From the NCBI GenBank assembly GCA_022009835.1, contig CP091726.1:17205-81204 (forward strand): a stretch of DNA of 64,000 nucleotides, in the 5' to 3' direction. The notes below the pieces were generated by a model that worked only from the letters and a program-made list of their open reading frames with translations, was not told the DNA's origin and ran no database searches. Source of the DNA: Bacilli bacterium (GTDB lineage: Bacteria > Bacillota_I > Bacilli_A > RF39 > UBA660). Positions 43,165 to 55,120 of the stretch are shown here, piece after piece; position 1 is the first letter of the stretch, and every line of letters starts with the position of its first letter. A program made the translations under genes and the position numbers.

Positions 43165-43670
43165 TTATATACGTTTCTTTTTATTATTATCCGTTATTTC
43201 GGCAATTTCTTTAGGTTGATAGTTTTGTTCTTTTAGTTCAAATACTAATTCTTCTTTCCATGTTAGCTGATTTAATATTTTTTGTTTTAAGTTAATATAA
43301 TTTATTTTATTAATAAACTTTTTCTTCTGGATTTTTGTATTGAAGGTGCTATTCCTTTTATTTCTGCTTTATCTAATGAAATAGAATTACTTGGTATTAG
43401 TTTGTCTTCTTGTGTTGTTTTACGATAATAATTATATATCCTATTATCAAGGCACTTATTTAGATAGACTATGAATGGTGCTTTATCAATATAGTTGTCG
43501 ATAGTTTCATATACGATTAATCTGGATTCATTTAGGTAATCTTCAATGTTATTTAAATTACTATATTTGATAATTTTTTTATATATAAGGTTCTTATATT
43601 TTTGATATACAACTTCTTTTAGATTCTCATCTTCTTTGGCTAAATATATTAGTTCATAGTCATTATCCAT
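43165..43670 (-). CDS. sigma-70 family factor (SigH-like by position after rlmB), frameshifted
   Basis: Region 2-like DNDYELIYLAKEDENLKEVVYQKYKNLIYKK...ESRLIVYETIDNY. Region 4-like ...LTWKEELVFELKEQNYQPKEIAEI. mrnC-rlmB-sigma order as in Bacillus. Confidence 0.55.
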
Positions 43671-44384
43671 TTATATCCCCCTTGATTTAGTTATTTCTGC
43701 TAGAAAGATACCACTAGCAACAGAAGCATTAAGACTATTTACAGTTCCTTTCATTGGTATTTTAGCTAAATAATCGCAATTTTCACCGACTAATCTACTT
43801 ATGCCTTTACCTTCATTTCCAATTACTAAAACTGTTTTTCATTTTATAATCTATATTAGTATAATCTTCGCCTTCCATATCAGTTCCTACAACCCAATAT
43901 CCTTCTTCTTTTAGTTTTTTTATGGTATTTGTTAAGTTGGTTACAGTTATTATTTTTACTTTTTCGATTGTTCCTACTGATGTTTTTACTACTACTGATG
44001 TTATTCCTACTGATCGATCAGTTGGTATGATGATAGCATCAACGCCAAAAGCTTCACATGATCTAATGATGGCTCCAAAGTTATGAGGATCTTCGATATG
44101 ATCTAACATCACTATTAATGGATATTGGCTTTTTATTGTTGGTAATACTTCTTCTAGAGTATATGTCTTTACATCTTCTACTTCAAGAATTATTCCTTGA
44201 TGTAATCCTTTGCACATCTTATCTAGCTTTTTTATATCAAGTATTATTGGCTCAATATTTCTTTTTTTGATATTAAATTTAATATTTCCTTATCATTAAA
44301 TCTATTACTTAAATATATTTTTTTATCTTATCTTTTGTTTGTAATTTTTTTCTTTAGCTACGTTTTTTTACCATATATTTGCAT
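43671..44384 (-). CDS. rlmB: TrmH-family 23S rRNA (guanosine-2'-O)-methyltransferase, frameshifted
   Basis: [28 protein letters not shown]...; ...[11 protein letters not shown]...[20 protein letters not shown] after repair. Confidence 0.75.
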
Positions 44385-44759
44385 TATTTCACCTCTATTC
44401 TGTTTAATATTTCTTTTTAATCTTTCTTTATCATTTAGATATAGGTCTCTAGCAAGGCTTCGAATCCAGTAGATAATTTGTAGGTTATGATATCAGTATT
44501 TTTTTAGGATGATTTTCTTTTTTGTTGTTTCTACCTCTTTTTTTATGATATCTAATTCTTCTTCAGTTAGGAGATTATCTTCAATTAGTTTATTTAGTAT
44601 GGTTACCTCTCCTTTAGCTGATACATATTTTATTGACATATCTTGTAATTTATTGGCATTATTTATTCCTTGTTTTAGTAGTTCTTCTCTTATATATAAA
44701 GATAGGACTGCGTCTCCTAGTAAGGCTAATACTTGGACATTTATTGTTTTGGTATTCAT
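44384..44759 (-). CDS. mrnC: mini-ribonuclease III, frameshifted
   Basis: VQVLALLGDAVLSLYIREELL...KYVSAKGE..ILN... then ...TYKLSTGFEAL after repair. TAATG overlap with rlmB. Confidence 0.7.
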
Positions 44760-44884
44760 TTTGGCACTTCCTTTTAAAATATTTATTTTTCTTTATAAAT
44801 TAATGACACATATAGTTTATCATATATGTTTTATTTTGTCTATATTTGTTTAGATAAAAAAAGAAAAACAGCATTGGCTGCTGC

Positions 44885-45568
44885 TTAATGATTATTATTC
44901 ATTATTTGGCCAAACATTGATGGTCCTGTTTGAATATTTGGTTGTGTTCCATTTGGCATTGGTGAACCAAAAAATGGATTACTATTAAAATTTGTATTCA
45001 TATTTGGTGATACCATTTGTTCATTTGGATTAGTACTAGGTTGTGATGCTGTAAAATTGTTTGTTTTTGGTTGTGATTCAAAAATATTTCCTTGGAACTC
45101 TAATGGTGGAGTATTTTGTAATGTTGGTGTGCCTGGTAATGGTTCACTCTGACCAGCATTAGTCATATTTAATTCTCCTGGATTATGGATTTTGAATTCT
45201 GGAAAACCTGTAACCATAGTATTTTCTGTTTCTGGCAAAGGCGTTGACACTGGTTGTTCTGGCATTTTAGGTTGTTCTATCGTTGGTACTGCTACTGGCT
45301 CTTCCACTTTAGTCTCTGGTACGACATTTGGCGCTGGAATAGGATTTATTCCATTTGTTTCAGTACTTACTGGTATAGCGGTCTCTACACTTATACTAGG
45401 AATTGCTGGTTCTATTATTGGTGTTATGTCCTCTTGTTTCTTTTGTTCTTCAACTCCATCTTCAGTTCCATTATATTTTGTATTTAGTTCTTTTAATGTA
45501 TCACGACTAGGATTTTCCAATAATGAGTTTGTTATATCCTCTAACTCTTCTTTTGTAAAATAATTCAT
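44885..45568 (-). CDS. Pro/Thr/Asn-rich low-complexity protein (intact, 227 aa)
   Basis: Intact ORF with GGAGGGG RBS. Short structured N-terminus (MNYFTKEELEDITNSLLENPSRDTLKEL), then P/T/N/Q-rich sequence. Confidence 0.6.
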   Translation of the reverse strand: MNYFTKEELEDITNSLLENPSRDTLKELNTKYNGTEDGVEEQKKQEDITPIIEPAIPSISVETAIPVSTETNGINPIPAPNVVPETKVEEPVAVPTIEQPKMPEQPVSTPLPETENTMVTGFPEFKIHNPGELNMTNAGQSEPLPGTPTLQNTPPLEFQGNIFESQPKTNNFTASQPSTNPNEQMVSPNMNTNFNSNPFFGSPMPNGTQPNIQTGPSMFGQIMNNNH

Positions 45569-45652
45569 ATTATGCCCCTCCTTATTATAAATAAATTATA
45601 ATATAAAAAGTAAAAAAAGTAAATAGAAATATTACTTTTTTTATATGGTATT

Positions 45653-46883
45653 TTATTCTTCGTTTGTTAGTGTTTTAGTATGTTCTACTACCTGCCAACT
45701 AACATCTTTTTTTACTATAGCATTTATTAGGCAGATTATATAACTTAATAAGAATATCGGGTTATATAATATTAATTTTTATATTTTTGATGTTTCTAGA
45801 TTTAATTTATCATCTTCTCTTTTTTTATGATTAGATAACTTATTAATACCAAATCAATATATATTGTAAATGATATTATTAAAGCTACTTTTTAAAAAGA
45901 CCAATTAATCCCGACTGAACGGATGATATTAATAATAAAAATTACTCCTATTATAAGATAGATATATGGTTTTTACTCCTATTATAGCATTTATCTTTGA
46001 ACCATAATTTATATCTTTTTATATCAATACTTTTTTTCTTATCTTTTTTTATATATTTTTTCTTGCTTCAAAGTAACCTTTAACCCATCTTGTTCTTTGA
46101 ACTATTGATACTTTAAAACTATCTGGCTGCTCATCATAGAAGATGGCTTTTTCGTTATATGTTGTTGTTATATTATTTAATGTACTATAAAGGGTTAATT
46201 CGTAGTCTTCAGTTAAAGTGTTAAAAGGGAAACCTTCTAATTCTTCTAACAATGTTCCTTTTATGTAGTAACCTGTTCCTGATATAGTTAAATTGTTACT
46301 ATATTTATTTTTTAAGGTATTTCCTATGGTATTTATCATGGAAAAGGTAAGAGCTGATGAAGCCGCTACTAGGGTTTTACTATTTTTGGTATTACGATAA
46401 CTTATTCCAATATCATAGCCTTCATTAATACTTTTTTTGCATCTCTTTAATGTAATTTTTTTGTCTAATATATTATCAGCATCAAAAAAATAAAATATGC
46501 TGAATAATGTTTATTCTCTCTTAGTATTTCTTTGATAGCATCATCTAGGGCGTAACCTTTTTCTTTTTTTAGTTAAATCCTTTCGATAAACAATATTCAT
46601 TTTATGCTTTTTTTAACTATATCTACTGTTTTGTCTTTTGGGGTTTCTACTATTACATAAACATCTGTTGAATCTATTTTTTTGTGTTTGGTTTTTCAAT
46701 ACTTATAAGTAAATCTTCAATTACTTTTTGATTCATTTCTAGCAGGTATTAATATACAATTTTTTTCCCTTGTGATGTTGTTTTTTTGTGGATAATTATT
46801 ATTTTTTTATAGTTACTAAAAAAACTATATATTAATATTACTAGGGATATTAGTATTATTATTAAACTTATTTCTTCTATCAT
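45653..46883 (-). CDS. membrane-bound family-2 glycosyltransferase, frameshifted
   Basis: N-terminal TM. ...FFDADNILDKKITLKRCKKSINEGYDIG...; TGYYIKGTLLEELEGFPFNTLTEDYELTLY...QRTRWVKGYF. C-terminal TM segments. Confidence 0.6.
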
Positions 46884-47585
46884 TTTATCACCATATTTGT
46901 ATAACTTTTTTTCATTCTTTCATCATTATATACTCTATCTAAGAATTCTCCATATTCTGTTAATGGTTTATATCCTTCATGTCTTAATCCCATTCTTATG
47001 CATGCTGAAAACGATATAAACATATCTATTGTTACGATTACCAATAAAATATAATAAATTATATTTCCTAAATTAAATGGTATTTTTTTCTATCTTTGTA
47101 GATACAAATGGATATATTTTTAACCATTAGAATATAACATAGTAAGCCCCAAAAATAACATATACGGAAGAGTAGTTCTACCATTTATATTTAGAAAAAT
47201 ATGTTGAATAATCCCATGATGTTGTACCAGTAAAAGTTTCTTGAAGAAAGCTTATCAAATATTCAAAAAGAACCTCCTATTAAAAGAGCCTATTAGAAAA
47301 TAATCTAATTTTTTTGCCTAGGTTTTTCTTGCTAGTATATAAATCATGAGGCATGCTCCCCATCCATATATCGGGGATAATTCTAAATATAATAATCCTC
47401 TTTTTGTTGTATAATCTAATATTCCATAATTTATATAGTTTTTTTGCCATAAATAATAAATCTTCATATATACAGCCTAAAAAAACTAAAAAAATGATAA
47501 ATAATATAAACATTTTTCTTAAATGATAAGCCTTCTGCAAAGGGAGTTTTATCTTCTAGTAAATATTCTTTTTATTTTTATTCAT
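46880..47585 (-). CDS. polytopic membrane protein (DUF1113 / putative ABC-transporter type IV-like), frameshifted
   Basis: ...SPIYGWGACLMIY... and ...TSWDYS.YF.NINGRTTL... boxes after repair. Confidence 0.4.
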
Positions 47586-47599
47586 ACTGCTCAACTCCT

Positions 47600-48592
47600 T
47601 TATATTAGATTATTTCTTTCATATATGTTAATATCATATTTGGTATAAATATCTATTTTTTTCCTTTTTTTGTTAATTTAATAAAACACAGGTCCTCAAT
47701 AACAATATCTTTATCTTTTTTTCTAAATTAAATGTTATTTTTAGGGTATTCTTTTAATTTGGGATTGTTTTGAGTCATTTTAGTTATGTTTAAGTTATTT
47801 GCTAGATAAATAGTTATATTGTTTTTCTGAAAAAGTAATCTAATCTTATATAATCTTCAATTACGAGTGATCCTTTTTCCCTTTTAGTTGGTAACTTCTT
47901 GGTTTTTATTTCTTTTTTTAGGTGTTATTTTTTTATTTCTTTTTAAAGAAAGACTATTTAATATACTTCCTTCATTTAATAGTCCTGGAGTGTCTATAAT
48001 GGTAAAGTCTTCTAGTTCTATTTCTACTTTATCTAAAGTAGTAGAAGGATAAAGACTAGTTGTTACTTCTAGTTGTTTATCAGTATAGTTTTTTATTATT
48101 TTATTTATTAGTGTAGATTTACCTGAATTAGTCATTCCAACAAAATATACTTTATTATTATTTTTATTATATTTTTTTATTTTTGTTTAATAAGCTATCT
48201 AGATTGTAATTTTTTTATTGAACTTATTATTTCAATATCTAGATAGTTATTAGTTATATTAGATATATAATTTATTAATTTATAGTCCTGAACTGACTTA
48301 GGTAGTAAATCTTTTTTTGGTTAAAACTAGTATGACATTATTAAAATTATTTATATAGTTTAAGTTTATATTTAATAATGATGTTAAATAAACTACTAAT
48401 GCATCTTTTAGGAATACTATTTAAGATGTCAGTATAATCTTGATTTGTTAATGACACTTGTTTATATTCACCATAGTTTTTTAACTTGAAACATCTTGTA
48501 CATAATTCTTTATTTATGTCTTCAGTATATCCTTCTTTTTGTGGTTCTTCTTCTTGTAATATTATACCGCATCCGCTACATCTTTTAATCAT
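47600..48592 (-). CDS. yqeH: ribosome-biogenesis GTPase YqeH, frameshifted
   Basis: N-terminal zinc finger CSGCGIILQ...CTRCF. Circularly permuted GTPase with G1 ...GMTNSGKSTLIN and DTPG. Confidence 0.75.
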
Positions 48593-48601
48593 AATATTCT
48601 C

Positions 48602-49125
48602 CTATTCTAAATAGTCCTTTTTTGGCCATTTTATTTATTTTTTTCTTCTCTATGTATCTATTTATTTTGGTAAATGGCATATCTATATCTGACATAGGAT
48701 TCACAAGAACTGTTGTTATTCCTACTCTATTTCCTCCATAGATGTCTGTCACTAATTGGTCTCCTATTATAGCTACTTCAGATAAATCTAATTTATATGT
48801 TTTTTTAGTATCTTTAAAAAAATTTTTGTCTTGCTAGGTTTTTCTAGCAGATGGACAACAATCAACATTTAAGTATTTCTTAAATGGTTCTAATCTCTCT
48901 CTTGGTGAATTTGAGAATATTACTACAATAAAAGCCTTGTTCTTTTTAATTTATCAAAATGGTCTTTTAATTTTTTCGTTGGTTTTTTATCAACATAAGG
49001 AACACATGTGTTATCTAAATCAAATAGTAGACACTTTATTCCGTTTTCTTTTAAGTTGTTGTAATTTATGGTATAAATACTTTTTTTGATAAACATCTGG
49101 ATAGAAATAATTCATAGTATTCACC
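48602..49125 (-). CDS. YqeG-family HAD-IIIA phosphatase, frameshifted
   Basis: Located directly upstream of yqeH. Fragments ...CLLFDLDNTCVPYVDKKPT... and ...VTDIYGGNRVGITTVLVNPMS.... Confidence 0.55.
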
Positions 49126-49228
49126 TCTCTATAGATATTATACTATATTTTTTTTATTATTGAAAGACAGTTTGTAATCTTACTATTTTTTTATTTCGCA
49201 TAAGTTTTTATTAGGAGGATGTATTTTT

Positions 49229-49936
49229 ATGTTGTTTAACTTATTTAATCTTTTAATTGGTAATCTTACTTTTTTTACTGGTGCTTACTCTAATAATGTT
49301 TTTCCTGATCCTTTATCTAAAGAAGAGGAAGAAAAATATATTGAAAAAATGATTAATGGTGATAAAGAGGCTAGAAGTAAACTTATTGAACATAATCTTA
49401 GATTAGTGGCACATATTGTTAAGAAATTTGAATCTACTTACAATGATGTTGATGATCTTATTGGAATAGGTACTGTTGGACTTATTAAAGGTATTGATAG
49501 TTTTTCTCCTGACAAGAATGTTAGACTTACTACTTATATTGCTAAATGTGCTGAAAACGAGATACTTATGTACTTTAGATCGGATAAAAAGAATGCTAAA
49601 AATGTGAGTATTTATGATGGTATCAGTTATGATAAAGAAGGTAATGAAGTTACTATTTTAGATGTTCTTAAAACGGAAGATCCTGATTTTAATGAGGAAA
49701 TATATAAAAATGATAATATTAAATTATTGAAGAAGTATATGAATGTTCTTACTCCTAGAGAAAAAAAGATGTTCTTACTAAAAGGTATGGTCTTAATAAT
49801 AATGATGAAATTACACAAAAAAAGAAATTGCTAAAAAAATCTTGGTATATCTAGAAGTTATGTTTCCAGAATTGAGAAAAGAGCTATTACAAAAATTTTA
49901 AGAGAATTTATTAAAAATGACAGTAAGAAACAGTAA
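49229..49936 (+). CDS. sigK: sporulation sigma factor pro-sigma-K, uninterrupted apart from three A7 frameshifts
   Basis: Pro-sequence plus NNVFPDPLSKEEEEKYI. IEHNLRLVAHIVKKFE. IGIGTVGLIKGIDSF. RLTTYIAKCAENEILMYFR. After adding one A to each A7 run: ...GISRSYVSRIEKRAI. Confidence 0.85.
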
Positions 49937-50009
49937 AATTGTAAATAAATGTTGACTAAAATGCATTTTTATGGTAAAGTTAATTACGAACTGATGAGGA
50001 GGGAATACG

Positions 50010-50193
50010 ATGAAGAAAGTAACAACTAAAAAAACTAGATCTGTAAATAATAGACCTAACTGTTTAAAAAAATAACTAAAAGGTACTCAAAAAGGTTAAT
50101 TTTACTACTGTTGTTGATAAAGACGGTAACAAGATTAAGACTAGTGTTAGAGAAGCTAGAACTATGAAGAAGAATAATAAAAAAGATGCTTAA
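50010..50193 (+). CDS. small basic protein (about 60 aa after repair)
   Basis: GAGGAGGG RBS. MKKVTTKKTRSVNNRPN...VNFTTVVDKDGNKIKTSVREARTMKKNNKKDA. Confidence 0.3.
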
Positions 50194-50680
50194 TGAAATG
50201 GATTTATATCCATTTTTTTAATTTATCCACACCTAGTGTTGATAAAAAAATCAAATCAAAGGAAGAAAAAAATCAAGAAGAAATAGTTAAATATATGTTA
50301 AAAAAACAGATTATCAAAGTTGTTTTAAAAATATATTAAAGTTATTTCTGAAAAAAAGATACATTTAAATATGTAAAAAAAATAAAATAGATTATGATAA
50401 TATTTTTATACAAAAAAATGAAGCTTTTTTTAACTATATAAAAATACCATTTAAAAAAATTATGAAACAATTTTTAGATTATGCATCGCAAGGAGTTATA
50501 AATAAAAAAATGTATTAGAAAAAAATATCTTTATATAAAATTAGAATATGAAAATTTAGTATCTGGATCAATTTCATTTTTTTGATATAAAAAGACATTG
50601 CAAATCTACTTTTTGGAAGGTAAGGATAATTTAGTAAAAACAATGCAAGAAAAAATCAATAATATATTAAAATTAAAAAG

Positions 50681-50761
50681 ACGAGCAATAGCTCGTCGTA
50701 AAATACCATCTTGTCGAAATGGTAACACACACCGCTATTGGCAAAGCCAATAGCGGTGTGC
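50681..50761 (-). terminator. cluster of three hairpins; the last (minus strand) is a canonical terminator
   Basis: 15-bp perfect stem CACACCGCTATTGGC-aaa-GCCAATAGCGGTGTG. TACCAT...ATGGTA. GACGAGC-n4-GCTCGTC plus T5 on the minus strand. Confidence 0.5.
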
Positions 50762-50929
50762 AAAGGAAAATACCTTTTAAACATACTTTTAACAAGGCAT
50801 AAAGTTCAAGTAAAAAAATTATATATTTACTTATAAACAAAATGGGTCATTTTTTTATTTAATTACTAATTTTATCAAGTAAATCTGAAATTCCATTAGA
50901 GTAATCACATATTGAATTTTTGTATTGAA

Positions 50930-51167
50930 TTAATTAACACAATTATGGCCTCTGCAAAAATCATCTTCAGTATATTCTTTTTTTGGTTTTAAATCTAATA
51001 GTTCTCTATTTAATATTGGTTCATTTTTGTATATTTAATTCTTTACATAAATTATTAGAAAAATGCAGTCAATATTTGTAATTGTTCATAAATAATACTT
51101 TGTTTTTTTCTTCTTTTAATGTCTGTTCCTTAAAAAAATACCATATACTCATTTATATCTTCAATCA
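50930..51167 (-). CDS. hypothetical small protein, frameshifted
   Basis: AGGTGA RBS. MIEDINEYMVFF.KEQTLKEEKNKV...NEPILNRELLDLKPKKEYTEDDFCRGHNCVN. Confidence 0.25.
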
Positions 51168-51195
51168 TAATTTCACCTAAACATTTTTATTCAAT

Positions 51196-52261
51196 TCAAA
51201 AAGCAACCTGCTCTTGAGTTTTTTTCGTTTGTTGTATTTGCTTTAATCCATAATTTTTTAAATTTTCTTTTCTGGCCTGATAAAGTCATAATGGATTGTT
51301 TTAATTTGTTCATACCAAATAATCTTTGCTGTGCATTATATCTTGCAGCAATGGCTGGATTTGTAGATGTTTGAGTTTTACCTACAGAAGTATATTCATA
51401 TCTAGGTATTTGACTATCCCTAATTGCTTGTACTTTTTTTCTCGTTCTACTTGTGCTCTTTGGGCATAAGTTTTTAATTTGATTTTTCTAAGTTAACTAT
51501 TCTATCTTTTTAATTTATACGCCTTACTTACATCAGTATATTCTTCGTATTCAAATGATTCGGATTTATGTTGGTCTAAAACACCAGGATTCCAAGGAAC
51601 CGAGCCATGCTTTTTTTATTGTTATTTTTTTCTAACTCTTCTTTTTGCATCACTTAATTGTATTTTTTTAGATAATCTAAACTTTCCATTGTTTCACCTA
51701 CATTTTTTTATACCTTCCATTGTTTCAGAATTAAGCATACTATTAAATCCATTAATTTTTATTTAATGCTGCATTTATATCATTCATTAAACTTTGATAA
51801 ACATTTGAATCAAAATGAACTTTGGTTTGAGATTAACATTTTTTGATATTCTTGTAATTGCCATTCTATATCTCCAATATAGTCTGGGTCCCAACTTTGC
51901 ATATTATTAACTTCTGATATTAAAGATTCAATTGGACCTGATATTGTTTCAGTATTAGTGCTTGCATTGTTTTTTTGGACTGCGTTTGAGTTTTTTCATT
52001 CTTTGGTTCAATGATTTGTTGTACCCATTCTTCTAAACTGGGATTATCTACTGATACATCACTTAATATATCAACTGCCATAAACCATTCATCGCTCATA
52101 CTTTTAACATTCTCGATAATGTATTTATAAAATTGCATTACTTTTGTCCACTTGTGCAAAAAATCCTCTTTATTATTTTGAATTGCTTGTTTTGCATCTC
52201 CAACATTTGCAAAATCACGTGCATATTTTTTTAATTCTTCTAATGCTTGTTCTATCGACAT
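51196..52261 (-). CDS. hypothetical helical protein, heavily frameshifted
   Basis: Intact N-terminal 116 aa (MSIEQALEELKKYARDFANVGDAKQAIQNNKEDFLHKW...). Downstream pieces ...SWDPDYIGDIEWQLQEYQK..., ...YEYTSVGKTQTSTNPAIAARYNAQQRLFGM. Confidence 0.35.
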
Positions 52262-52771
52262 TATAACCACTTCCTATAATAATATAATATCACAAAAAAA
52301 TATGATACAATATCAAAATAATGTAAAATTTTTACATTTTTTTAGTCAATTTTGTAAATATTGTGATATAATTTGATTAGTTAGTAGTTATTACTACCTA
52401 TAAATTTACGCCTAATGGTTGTTGTACTTCCATCAAAATAGCATCAATATGAAAATAAAGCCTTATTTTAGAAGGCTTTTTATATTTTTATGTGTATTTA
52501 GGTACATATTAGGTACATATTTATAACTAATTTTATTAATTTTCCAAATGAAAGGAAAATTAATAATGAATAACTATTGTATAAACTTAAAAGAAGAAAG
52601 AATAAACCATACTGCAAATGAAGAAATACGATTTTCCTTTGTAGGGAATGTAATAATAAAGAATATAAAAAAAGTCCACTTCTGACAAAAAAAGTCCGGT
52701 TACAAGTGGACAAATGAGAAAAAATGCACAATCATTGTGCAAAATATGTAAAAAAGAATGAAACTTCGTTT

Positions 52772-53363
52772 CTATTTAAAATATTCATCAAATATACTTT
52801 CAATGTTTCCTTCAATTGCATAATAGTAGAATGAACCCTCTTGATTTTTTTATACTCAGTATTTTTTTCTCTTCATAATTATTATTATTAAATATTTTTT
52901 TAATTCTTCATTGGCAAATTCTAACACTATTGAACTGTAATATATTTGAAAAGTATAATTTTGATTATTTACTTGATATGATACAGTTAATTGGTCTCTT
53001 TGTGGTCCCCCTCTTCCTAAACTATATGTTTTTACTAATTTGTTTGTATTTACTTTATCTAGTATTTGTTTAAGTTGTTCTTTAGATAACGATACTTCTT
53101 TATCTATGTCTTGAGCATCTCCAAGATCCTTTTCTCCTAGTTCTAGATAATTTTACATTTGAGATATTGTAAGATAATAATTTATCAATCCAAGTTTCTT
53201 TAACATCATTATTGCTATTATTATTTTTCAATCACTTCATTTTTTTATTATTTACATTTATTTTTTTCAGTTAAAAAAATAATGCAATAATTATCAATAA
53301 TATAATTATAATTACTGTTAGAAATATAATTATAATATTTTTTTACTTTTTGTCTTCTTTCAT
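52772..53363 (-). CDS. hypothetical N-terminally anchored protein, frameshifted
   Basis: TM IIIIFLTVIIIILLIIIALFF, then ...DAQDIDKEVSLSKEQLKQILDKVNTNKLVKTYSLGRGGPQRDQLTVSYQVNNQNYTFQIYYSSIVLEFANEE. Confidence 0.35.
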
Positions 53364-53595
53364 GGCTTCATTCACCTTCTTACCTTCTTTTTTAATTTTA
53401 TTATATCATATTATAATTATAATTACTAGTATTCATAAAAAAATATGGCCATTTTCTAGTCATACTTTTTCTCTTTTTCTTCTGGTAATTTTTTTAATAG
53501 TTTATTATAATATTCTTTTTCCTAATCGATATTCTTCCTCTATTATTTCTTTACTTGGCTTCTTTTTTTATTTTCATTATTCATGTTAAAAACTC

Positions 53596-53620
53596 CTCTC
53601 TTTATTTATTATAAAGAGAG
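53596..53620 (-). terminator. rho-independent terminator after rpe
   Basis: CTCTCTTTAT-n5-ATAAAGAGAG with a T-run on the minus strand. Confidence 0.6.
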
Positions 53621-53645
53621 AAGTTATATTTATACTAATGTTTTT

Positions 53646-54269
53646 TTACTTTTTTTCTATCATGTTCTCACTTGTTGTTATATATGAGCCTACTACTGCT
53701 ATATCGACATCTTTTAATAGTTTTATTGTTTTATCATTGATGCCACCATCTACTTCTAGTAAAAATATATTTTTATCTTTTATTAGATTTTTTATTTCCT
53801 TTTATTCTGGTTGGACTATTTTTCTAGAAATGGTTGACCTCCTAAACCAGGCTCCACTGTCATTATTAATATTAAATCAATATCATTTAGGTATGGTATT
53901 AATTTATTTATATCAGTATTCGGCTTGATTGATATACCTCTTTTAAAGCCATAATCTTTTATTTTATTTAATGTATTTTGTATATTTTCTTCTATTTCTT
54001 GATGGATTGTTATATTTTTCAATATTTTTTTCAAATCTTTTTATTTGTTCAATATATGATAGAGGACTACTATGCATTAGATGAATATCTAATTTTTTTA
54101 TTTGATATTTTTAGATATTTCTATTGTTTCTTTTTACTGGTAAAGATATTTGAGATACAAATTTTCCGTCCATTACATCTATATGGAAGAATGATATATC
54201 AGTGTTATTTAATGTTTTTATTGCTTTTTCTTTGTCTTTTGTATTTAGTATTGATACTGATATTTTCAT
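53646..54269 (-). CDS. rpe: ribulose-phosphate 3-epimerase, frameshifted
   Basis: MKISVSILNTD...FHIDVMDGKFV...; ILIMTVEPGLGGQPF; LEVDGGIND.T...DI.VVGSYI. Confidence 0.8.
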
Positions 54270-55105
54270 TTTTGACCTCCTATAAAAGATTTATAATTAT
54301 TATATCTAGATAATAATATTTTGTTTTGTTCTACTAATCTTTTTACTTCGCAATCATCTTCTTTAATGTGCATGCAATCTTTATATTTGCAATTATGTAA
54401 ATTATCAAACATATCTTTCATATTATCTCTAATGTCTATTTTAGTCATACCATGAAAGTCAACTGATGAAAAGCCTGGTGTATCTGCAATAAGTGAATTA
54501 TCGATATCATATAAAGTAATACATCTTGTAGTATGTTTGCCACGACCTAAGGCTTTAGATATCTCATTTGTCTCAAGATTTAGATTTTTATCTAACTTAT
54601 TTAATAGCGATGATTTTCCTGCGCCTGACTGACCAGCAAAGACAACTATTTTTACCTGCAATTAGCTTTTTTTATTTCTTTTGATATTGTTATTTGTTAC
54701 TACAGTATAACCAATACTTTGGTAGTAGTTAAATATCTCTTTAATATTTTTTTCTTCCTCTTCATTTAGTAAGTCTGTCTTTGTTAAGCATATTATTGGC
54801 GTTATATTATTATAAGATATTATTGTTAGTAATTTATCTAGTAGATTGCTATCAAAATTTGGTTCTTTTACTGAAGTTACAATTAAAGCTATATCTACAT
54901 TAGCTATTTGCGGTCTGATTAGCGAGTTTTTTCTAGGTTTTATTTCTAATAAATAATTATTTATATCATCTATTACTACTTTGTCTCCTACTAAAGGAGT
55001 TATTTTGTCTAATCTAAATTTTCCTCTTGGTTTGCAAATATTTATACCTTTATTGGTTCTTACTGTATAATTGTTGCTTTCATTTTTGATTATTATACCT
55101 TCCAT
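54266..55105 (-). CDS. rsgA: ribosome small-subunit-dependent GTPase A, one frameshift
   Basis: OB-fold N-terminus (GIIIKNESNNYTVRT...VGDKVVID). VFAGQSGAGKSSLLNKL. ADTPGFSS. Zinc knuckle HNCKYKDCMHIKEDDCEV. Confidence 0.85.
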
Positions 55106-55120
55106 ATTTCTTTTCCTATT

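Noticed and set aside
45192-45563. Plus-strand ORFs of 123 and 77 aa antisense to the Pro/Thr-rich protein gene.
   Set aside because: These are shadow frames of a compositionally biased minus-strand CDS, with no RBS and low-complexity translations. The same applies to 55892-56359 and 55607-55816 (antisense to prkC), 42289-42705, 2496-2971, 4163-4609, 58094-58438 and 59086-59349.
49229-49936. sigK interrupted by a skin-like element, with the serine recombinase at 10-11.6 kb acting as SpoIVCA.
   Set aside because: sigK is contiguous here. Only three A7 frameshifts separate regions 2 to 4.2. The recombinase lies 38 kb away inside a different element.
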